This document shows positions 57,267 through 64,000 of a DNA stretch of 64,000 nucleotides, in pieces. Both the position numbers and the translations under genes were made by a program. Under the pieces are notes generated by a model. It ran no database searches. It saw nothing but the letters and a program-made list of their open reading frames with translations, and was not told where the DNA came from. Position 1 is the stretch's first letter; each line of letters begins with the position of its first letter. The stretch comes from Polyangiaceae bacterium (GTDB taxonomy: Bacteria; Myxococcota_A; Polyangia; Polyangiales; Polyangiaceae): NCBI GenBank assembly GCA_050287085.1, contig JBNKBE010000016.1, forward strand, positions 64,001 through 128,000, read 5' to 3'.

Positions 57267-58201
57267 AAGTGGTGTTTTTCGGATTTCAGACGTGGGGGTA
57301 CGAAAGTCTGCGCCCACTACTCACCCATCCGCATCATCAAGTGAGTCTGGTGGTTACCCACCCGGAAAGCTCACATCCATACGAATGCATTTGGAACGAC
57401 TCGGTGGCGGAGTTGGCTCGCGGCCGCGACATCGAAGTGGTCACCGCACGCGAGGGGGATGAGCCTGCGGTACTAGCCGCGCTGGCCAGGCATCCCGCGG
57501 ACGTTCTGCTCGCCTCCGACTGGCGCTCGCACCTTTCGACCCGAGTCTTGAGCCACTTCCCCCGCGGCGGGATAAACGTGCACGACGGCTTGTTGCCTCG
57601 CTACGGCGGCTTTGCTCCCATCAATTGGGCCATTGCCAATGGTGAACCAGAGATCGGGGTGACGGCGCACGAGATCAGCGACGGCTTCGACCTCGGTCCC
57701 ATCATCGTTCAGAGACGGCTAAGCGTGGGTCCGGACGAGACCGCCACGCAGGTAGCACGAAGAGTATTCGGCGTTTGCAGGGAGATCTGTGTGGACGCAT
57801 TGCAGTGCATCGATAGGACAGACTTCAGACCTCGGCCGCAGGATGCCGCCGAGGCTACGTTCTTCCACAAACGCGGCGAGCGCGAAGGGCGCATCGACTG
57901 GACGTGGCCTGCTCGGCGCGTCTACGACTTGATTCGAGCCCAATCGGATCCCTATCCAAACGCGCACGCTCGCTATCGTGGTAGGCGCTTGCTCGTCAAG
58001 CGAGCTCAGTTTCCGACACGCGCGTATTGCGGAACGCCGGGCAGAGTGCTGCAGCGTTCGCAAGCTGGCGCGCTGGTGCTGTGTGGCAAGGGGCGCGATA
58101 CTCACAACCAGGGATTGTGGTTGACTGAGGTTCAAGCTTCAGAAGGCGGCGTTGCCGTCCCAGCGACACATCTACTGCAGCCTGGCAGCCACCTTGACTA
58201 G
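57263..58201 (+). CDS. N10-formyl-THF-dependent formyltransferase (CchA/FxbA-like subfamily)
   Basis: 'VFFGFQTWG', 'VVTHP.S.HPYE.IW.DSVAELA', 'NVHDGLLPRYGGFAP..WA', 'ATFFHKR', 'RAQSDPYPNA'. Confidence 0.88.
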   Translation: MKVVFFGFQTWGYESLRPLLTHPHHQVSLVVTHPESSHPYECIWNDSVAELARGRDIEVVTAREGDEPAVLAALARHPADVLLASDWRSHLSTRVLSHFPRGGINVHDGLLPRYGGFAPINWAIANGEPEIGVTAHEISDGFDLGPIIVQRRLSVGPDETATQVARRVFGVCREICVDALQCIDRTDFRPRPQDAAEATFFHKRGEREGRIDWTWPARRVYDLIRAQSDPYPNAHARYRGRRLLVKRAQFPTRAYCGTPGRVLQRSQAGALVLCGKGRDTHNQGLWLTEVQASEGGVAVPATHLLQPGSHLD

Positions 58202-58243
58202 TCGGGGACAGCAAATATCCGTCGCAAGGGAAGAGGAGCATCT

Positions 58244-59437
58244 ATGAAAATCGTTCTAGCCTACTCGGGAGGGCTCGACACCTCGGTCGCGCTCCGCTGG
58301 CTGCAGCAAAAGTACGAAGCGGACGTCATTGCCTATTGCGTCAATCTTGGTCAGCTTGATGATCTGAGGGTGGTTGAGCGGCGAGCTCGCGCCATTGGAG
58401 CCGCAGAGGTTGTCATCGACGACAAGCGGGGAACCTACCTCAGAGAGTTTGCTTTCCCGGCGCTCCGCGCGTCTGCTCGCTACGAGGGGCGGTACCTGAT
58501 GGCGGCACCTCTAGGTCGACCATTGATCGCGCGGGGGCTGGTCGAGACCGCTCATCGCTTCGGGTGTGAAGCTGTGGCCCACGGATCTACAGGCAAGGGC
58601 AATGACCAGGTGCGCTTCTACACCGGGGTTGTGGCGCACGACCCCACGCTGAGGGTATTGGCCCCGTGCATGGAGTGGGAGCTTGGCTCCCGACAGGAGG
58701 AACTGCAGTTCGCGGAGGCACATGGCATCGAAGTGGACGCAAGCCCGCGCGCGCCGTATAGCAAGGACGGCAGCCTATGGGGTTCCAGTACCGAGTGCGG
58801 TATGCTGGACGATCCGAATCAAGCCCCTACGCCAGACGTCTTTCAGATGACGGCGGATCCGCACACGGCACCCTCGGAGGGTCAACATATCAGCGTTGGC
58901 TTTCGCCGAGGTCTACCGATATCGGTGAACGGCCGTGAGTTGGAGCCGATAGAACTCGTATTGACCCTGAATGAGCTCGCAGGGCGACACGGCATCGGCC
59001 GGGTGGACATCGTGGAAGACAGCCTTCTAGGTTACAAGTCGAGGGCGATATACGAAAGCCCTGGCGCTACCCTGCTGCACTTCGCCCATCGTGAGCTGGA
59101 AAGCTTATGTGTCGAACGAGACGCATTGCGCTTCAAGCAGCGTGTCGCAGATCGCTACGCGGAGCTAGTCTATGAGGGTAAGTGGTTCTCGCCCCTACGA
59201 GAAGCTCTGGACGGATTCGTCGACGTCACGCAACGCTCGGTTAACGGTGAGGTTGAGATGCTAGTGCGCGGTGGTCACATCAAAGTAGTAGGGAGACGCA
59301 GCACGACCTCATTGCTACGTCCAGAGCTGGTCACGCACGACGGCACCGATGAGTTCGAGCACGGACTGGCCGAGGGCTTTTCCTACGTGTGGTCGATGCC
59401 CGAACGAATTCGCGCAAAGAATCGGCGCGGCGTCTAG
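58244..59437 (+). CDS. argG: Argininosuccinate synthase family protein (divergent; possibly a pathway-specific paralog)
   Basis: 'LAYSGGLDTS', 'HGSTGKGNDQVRF', 'GIGRVDIVE', 'KSRAIYESPG', 'LVYEGKWFSP'. Confidence 0.88.
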   Translation: MKIVLAYSGGLDTSVALRWLQQKYEADVIAYCVNLGQLDDLRVVERRARAIGAAEVVIDDKRGTYLREFAFPALRASARYEGRYLMAAPLGRPLIARGLVETAHRFGCEAVAHGSTGKGNDQVRFYTGVVAHDPTLRVLAPCMEWELGSRQEELQFAEAHGIEVDASPRAPYSKDGSLWGSSTECGMLDDPNQAPTPDVFQMTADPHTAPSEGQHISVGFRRGLPISVNGRELEPIELVLTLNELAGRHGIGRVDIVEDSLLGYKSRAIYESPGATLLHFAHRELESLCVERDALRFKQRVADRYAELVYEGKWFSPLREALDGFVDVTQRSVNGEVEMLVRGGHIKVVGRRSTTSLLRPELVTHDGTDEFEHGLAEGFSYVWSMPERIRAKNRRGV

Positions 59438-59851
59438 CCACCGCGTGCCAGCGGGACCCGGGGGACTCGCCCGAACCCGGCTGTCGCGGCGGAGCAGCCC
59501 TAGCGCATTTGTGTCATACGAAGTCGCTTCGATCCGGGGGCGAAGCGTGGTCCGGATGTGCATCGTGACGTGTGAAGGTCCACCTGAGGCCAGCCTGCGC
59601 TGAGTGTTTCACCGGTGCCGGGACGTGTCTCGTGTCTTTCGGCATCCGCAGTCGGATTCCCCTATATGGGCGTCCTCGGTTCCTGATAGATAGAGGCCGG
59701 CGGTGAAGTAGGTCACCAGGCTTGTAGGTACTTGCAGGTCCGCCCGGCAGATTCGCCAACCCCAGCGTGTGACTGCGCCTCGGCGATGGTCACAGTGGCG
59801 GAACGGCAAAGCTGCGCGCTTTTCCGAAAACAGGATTAGTCGTGGTGCAAA

Positions 59852-60865
59852 ATGAACCGTAAGCGCATGCAGGGCGAGTTCACCCATGGCGGACGCCGAC
59901 GGCTGCCGCCCCGCCTCAGCCAGAATGAGGCTGCTCTTCCCGCGGCGCACCCACCTGACGCTTCCCGGTTCTCTCATTCGGCCTGGGCGCGGGCTAGAAG
60001 GCTAGGAGAACAGTACCACGCTCAATGGGTCTTGCTCACGCTCGTATCCGGAGCGACTGCATGTGTGGTCGCAACGAGCGTCTTCTATCATGAGCGGATC
60101 TTCTGGTTGGCACTCGTCTTCTGCTGTTCCTTTATTGCCGGAGTGTATCTACTCAATTGGCTACTGGAGACAACCCACGACTTCATCAACAGTCCGTCTC
60201 GTCTACAAGTCGTCAAGCACAAGGCGATGTACTGGGGCTTGGCCTGCTCTTGCTACGTTCTGAGTCTGGTAGTCGTTGTCTCTAGAGGAAGAGTTAACCT
60301 GGCTCTGATATTTCTCTTTGCGATGAGCGTCATGTATTCGACCCCGTCGCTGCCCGTTGTGCGAAAGGGGACGTTGGTCTTTCTGCGACTCAAGGATGTG
60401 ACCTTTCTGAAGAGCTTACTGGTCGCGTTGTGCTTTCCTTTGCTTAGTTTTGAAAGCGTACGGCTCTTCACATCCGCCAACATGATGGAAGCTCCGGGAA
60501 TCCTCTGGTTCTATGCGGGCTTTGCGATAACTACATTTCTTGCGACGGTTTACGACGACATGCTCGACATTCCGGGTGACACTGAAGCAGGAGTTGTTAC
60601 TTTGCCCATTCTGTTGGGGGCAGCGAATACGCGGCGCTTTCTTGTGGGCACCACCGCGATGTGGGTGTCGGTTATCGCCTTCTTCTACGGTCAGGGTATG
60701 ATTGTTCACCGACATCTTCTGCCTTTGCTGCTGCAGGCGGCATTTCCCCTGACCTGGCCCGCGATACACCGAGCCTGGCCCAAGTCGCGGCTTGCGCTCG
60801 ATGTTTCCATCGAAGGGGTCTTCTGGATGACGGCCTTGGCGTTGGTGCTGTCCGGCGGCGGATGA
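59852..60865 (+). CDS. UbiA-family prenyltransferase (start uncertain)
   Basis: Multiple transmembrane segments, 'YLLN....THD.IN.P.R', 'YS.P...RLKD', and the Asp-rich 'DDMLDIPGDTEAGVVTLP..LG'. Confidence 0.82.
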   Translation: MNRKRMQGEFTHGGRRRLPPRLSQNEAALPAAHPPDASRFSHSAWARARRLGEQYHAQWVLLTLVSGATACVVATSVFYHERIFWLALVFCCSFIAGVYLLNWLLETTHDFINSPSRLQVVKHKAMYWGLACSCYVLSLVVVVSRGRVNLALIFLFAMSVMYSTPSLPVVRKGTLVFLRLKDVTFLKSLLVALCFPLLSFESVRLFTSANMMEAPGILWFYAGFAITTFLATVYDDMLDIPGDTEAGVVTLPILLGAANTRRFLVGTTAMWVSVIAFFYGQGMIVHRHLLPLLLQAAFPLTWPAIHRAWPKSRLALDVSIEGVFWMTALALVLSGGG

Positions 60866-61572
60866 GCTCCGAGCCCGCTCGGTAGCCGATGTCCAGAGCC
60901 ACGCGGTCGGAGGAAGCGGCATGCGCCAAGCGACATGGCCAAGGCGTTGCTGTCGTAGGTTGGCGTCGCTGTCGCCAACTTCCCCACTTGCTACGTGGGA
61001 CCCATGGTAGTTGTTGTCAGGAGAGCAGCATGCGGTCGCGCAGCGACTTGTGGCGTAGGGCGAGAGCTTTCCGGCCATCGACGGGCGCGGAGGCGGGGAA
61101 ACTCTGTCAGAAGGTTGCTCACTTCGCGTACGACGTTCGGGGCCGGGTCCAAACTGGACCACAGTCTCGTCTTGCGCCAGCCCCGCGGCGAGATTTCTTT
61201 GGTCGCGAGTGACCGGTTTTCGTCCTAGAAATGAGCGTGAAAGAGGCGACGCCCTTGAGCGGCCGGCTCTCGTGCAATTGGGGAGAAGACGAGACCTAAG
61301 TTGCGGATAAGTTGGAAAAATGGTCTAGGGCGTCAGTTGTGGTAGAGGGCCTGGTGAGGCTGCGGGAGAGGTAAGCGATAGCCGGCTGATGGCTGGGCGC
61401 GGAGACGCCTGCGGTGTGTGTCCTACATTCCGGAGTTGAACCAGCTCCAGAAATGCGAGCATGCGTTCGCCATGGGTCCCCGCGGCAGTGGTGAAAGTTT
61501 GTGGCCTGGGTACTGGCGGGGTGGTAGCACACTGCTCTGGGTGCAGTGCCGCATCCCATTGTGGGGGTCCAG

Positions 61573-64000
61573 ATGAATAGACGTTCGAATGCTTTAGCGT
61601 GCTGCAGCACGCTACTGTTGCTCATATCTTGTTCAGGACGGATCGAGGGACCGTCCCCCGCGTTGCTCTCCGAGGAGGAGGGCGAGTCCTTGGCGACGAC
61701 CATCGTGTGTCGCGACCAGCTTAGCACGGAGGTCGTGGTCAGCGGCGACGGCTTCTCCCCGATTCCGGTCAACATTCCCAATGGCCCCAAGGTTGCTTTG
61801 CCCAGCATCACGCTGTCGCGCACATCCGAGCTCAATGGGGACCCGGTAGACACGCCGGTAGATGTACTGTTCAGCGGCACGCCCGACGATCGCACCAACA
61901 TCAAGTGGCTCACCTGGCAGAGCCAGAAGCAGATGACGTTCACGGTAAACCAGTCGCTGTCCGTGGATGGGGACTCTTCCGTTTTGCCAGAAGGGATCCA
62001 CGACATCCTGGTTAGAAATCCAGATGATGAGAAGACCCAGCAGACGGGCGTACTTGCCGTCGTGAGCAAGCCAGTGCTTGAAGCGCCCTCGCCCTCGATT
62101 ACATGCCTAGCGCAAGGTGCGCGGGAGCTTACGCTCAACGGCGCCACGTTTCTCGACATCGACGGTGACCTCGTCGGCTTCGAGGTAGCGGGCGAGGCCA
62201 CCCCCTTTGTTCCCAGTGCCCTGAGAAACTGTACGAAAATCGCTCGCACTGGTCTCAACGCTCGTACGTGCGAATCGGCGACCGTGACGCTCGGCAAGGA
62301 TTCCGTGGCGACCGGCTATCATCGCGTCAACGTGCACAATCCGGAAACGGCAGCTTGTCGCAGCGAAGAGGAGATCCTTCTCCGTGTTGTCCCACCGCCG
62401 TCAATCAGCCGCGTGGTGCCCCCTCTTGCCTGCGTGGCCGAGAGTGAGCGCATGTTCACTATTGAAGGCAAAGACTATCTCGAGATCGACGGTGCCCTGC
62501 CATCACTCACGGTTGGGGGTACCGCATTTGACGTGCTGACCGCCTCGGGATGCAAGACGCTTCCGACGATGGGCCACAGTGTTCGCCGCTGTACGGAGCT
62601 CTCCTTCACGGTGCCTCAGGATGGGCTGCCGGTGGGGCAGCCCGAAGTGGTGGTCACCAATCCGGATCCTGCGGGCTGCGAGGCCTCGAACGCGGTGGCT
62701 TTGACCATTGTACCACCTCCGAGCATCGAGGAGGTGGTTCCGGATGCGATCTGCCTCGATGAGAGCATGCGTTCGGTCGAAGTGAATGGCGAAGGCTTCC
62801 TGGAAGTAGATGGTGTGGTCCCTGCGGTGCTTGTGGCGGACGTCGAGTTGCTAGCGAGCGCCGTTTCGGTGTCGGGTTGTGAGACGATCCCCGTCGATGG
62901 CATGAAGGTCCGTCGCTGCGACACCTTGCGGCTGTCCATTCCGAAGAACGCGCTTGACCCGACGGTGGCCGACATATGGGTTACCAACCCGCAGCCTGCC
63001 GGGTGTTCTGACTTAGCGCCAGACGCGTTGGCCATCTTGGGAGCACCGGAAGTGCTGTCGGCTGCGCCGCCCTTGATCTGTACCGACGACGTGGAGCGTC
63101 AGCTGGTCTTGTCGGGCGTCGACTTTGTCAGGGTGGGTGACACGTTTCCCACGGTTACCATCGACGGCAGAGACGTTAACGTAGATGCGGCAGACGGATG
63201 CAGGGACGTCCCAGTGGCGGGTGGCGGTCTACAGTCGTGCGACACGCTGACCGTCACCGTGCCAAAGGGCGCACTCTCCGCCGGTCAGAACGACGTCCGG
63301 GTTTCCAACCCAGAGCCGGTGGGGTGTTCGGGAGATGCGGCTGTGTTGACCACGCCGCCCACTGTCACATTGACGTCAGCAGAGCCTGGCAACGTGTGCA
63401 CGACCAGTGGAGCGCTGAGCGTGAGCTTCACGGGCACCGGTTTCCTCAGGGTTGACGGTAACGACTTCAGCGTATTCGTCGAAGGGACCGAGGTCGTGCC
63501 CACGGCGATTACCGGATGCAACTCGCTCGAAGTCGCGGGAATGGACGTGAAAAGCTGCACCGGCTTCCAAATTCCTTTCGAGCCGAGCGGCATGTCGGTC
63601 GGCGACGTGGAGGTCGTGGTCAGCAACCCAGCGCCGAGCAGCTGCGAGGTCTCGGCCTCCAACGTATTCCGGCTCGTCGGGCCGCCGACGATTGCGGCGG
63701 TCGTTCCGAGCAACGTCTGTTCCGATGTGAGCACGACTCTGGCACTGACGGGCACAGGATTCGTTCCCGGAGCCATGGTACTGGCGGGCGGCGTCGCCGC
63801 TGACGCGGTGGTTGTCACCAGCGCAACGTCGCTCGAAGCTACTTGGGATTCCGGGCTTGCTGCCGGCACCCACGATGTGACGGTGAACAACGATGCGGGC
63901 GGCACGTGCGCTACGACCGTGAGCCGCGCACTAGTGGTCGATCCGACGCCTCTGGTCTTCTTCGTGGATCCACCGGTGCTCTACAACGGGATCCAAGTCG
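61573..64000 (+). CDS. Large lipoprotein with tandem Cys-containing IPT/TIG-like Ig repeats; runs off the window end
   Basis: Manual translation from ATG 61573 (MNRRSNALACCSTLLLLIS-C); no stop seen in the stretches read through to 64000. About 107-aa repeats ending V(T/S/H)NP.P..C and starting P.I..V.P...C. Absent from the ORF track because it has no stop in the window. Confidence 0.85.
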   Translation, partial: MNRRSNALACCSTLLLLISCSGRIEGPSPALLSEEEGESLATTIVCRDQLSTEVVVSGDGFSPIPVNIPNGPKVALPSITLSRTSELNGDPVDTPVDVLFSGTPDDRTNIKWLTWQSQKQMTFTVNQSLSVDGDSSVLPEGIHDILVRNPDDEKTQQTGVLAVVSKPVLEAPSPSITCLAQGARELTLNGATFLDIDGDLVGFEVAGEATPFVPSALRNCTKIARTGLNARTCESATVTLGKDSVATGYHRVNVHNPETAACRSEEEILLRVVPPPSISRVVPPLACVAESERMFTIEGKDYLEIDGALPSLTVGGTAFDVLTASGCKTLPTMGHSVRRCTELSFTVPQDGLPVGQPEVVVTNPDPAGCEASNAVALTIVPPPSIEEVVPDAICLDESMRSVEVNGEGFLEVDGVVPAVLVADVELLASAVSVSGCETIPVDGMKVRRCDTLRLSIPKNALDPTVADIWVTNPQPAGCSDLAPDALAILGAPEVLSAAPPLICTDDVERQLVLSGVDFVRVGDTFPTVTIDGRDVNVDAADGCRDVPVAGGGLQSCDTLTVTVPKGALSAGQNDVRVSNPEPVGCSGDAAVLTTPPTVTLTSAEPGNVCTTSGALSVSFTGTGFLRVDGNDFSVFVEGTEVVPTAITGCNSLEVAGMDVKSCTGFQIPFEPSGMSVGDVEVVVSNPAPSSCEVSASNVFRLVGPPTIAAVVPSNVCSDVSTTLALTGTGFVPGAMVLAGGVAADAVVVTSATSLEATWDSGLAAGTHDVTVNNDAGGTCATTVSRALVVDPTPLVFFVDPPVLYNGIQV

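Noticed and set aside
61296..62297. 333-aa Ser/Thr-rich minus-strand ORF (and similar ones to 63905)
   Set aside because: Shadow of the plus-strand repeat lipoprotein starting at 61573.
1..64000. Mobile element, prophage or anti-phage defence island
   Set aside because: No integrase, transposase, phage structural gene or recognisable defence gene; no tRNA or rRNA seen.

Overview
High-GC bacterial chromosomal DNA, most likely from a myxobacterium (Polyangia-like). This rests on Gly/Ala-rich lipoprotein linkers, a DUF1552/DUF1592 pair, a fibro-slime protein and a CheW-less CheA-like kinase. I saw no rRNA, tRNA, CRISPR array, integrase or transposase. Main blocks: (1) LysR-regulated small genes, a TonB-dependent receptor and secreted polysaccharide-related proteins (GH45, fibro-slime, esterase). 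(2) A ~12-kb [NiFe]-hydrogenase locus: hypF-hypC-gmhA-like-hypD-hypE-hypA-hypB, a cytoplasmic group-2-type small/large subunit pair, a maturation protease, and a directly coupled PAS-PAS-HPt-HATPase kinase. The kinase N-terminus resembles the HoxJ/HupT H2-sensor input while its output is CheA-like, suggesting an undescribed H2-sensing circuit. (3) A LysR plus DabBA inorganic-carbon pump. (4) A LOG-RNB (RNase II/R) fusion gene. (5) A tightly coupled 7-gene operon: ferritin-like, LodA/GoxA CTQ oxidase, LodB flavoprotein, aldehyde dehydrogenase, PLP fold-III enzyme lacking the catalytic Cys, CchA/FxbA-like formyltransferase and a divergent ArgG. It looks like an uncharacterised amino-acid-derived small-molecule pathway. 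The window ends inside a large Cys-rich IPT/TIG-repeat lipoprotein. All family calls come from reading motifs by eye; no database search was run.
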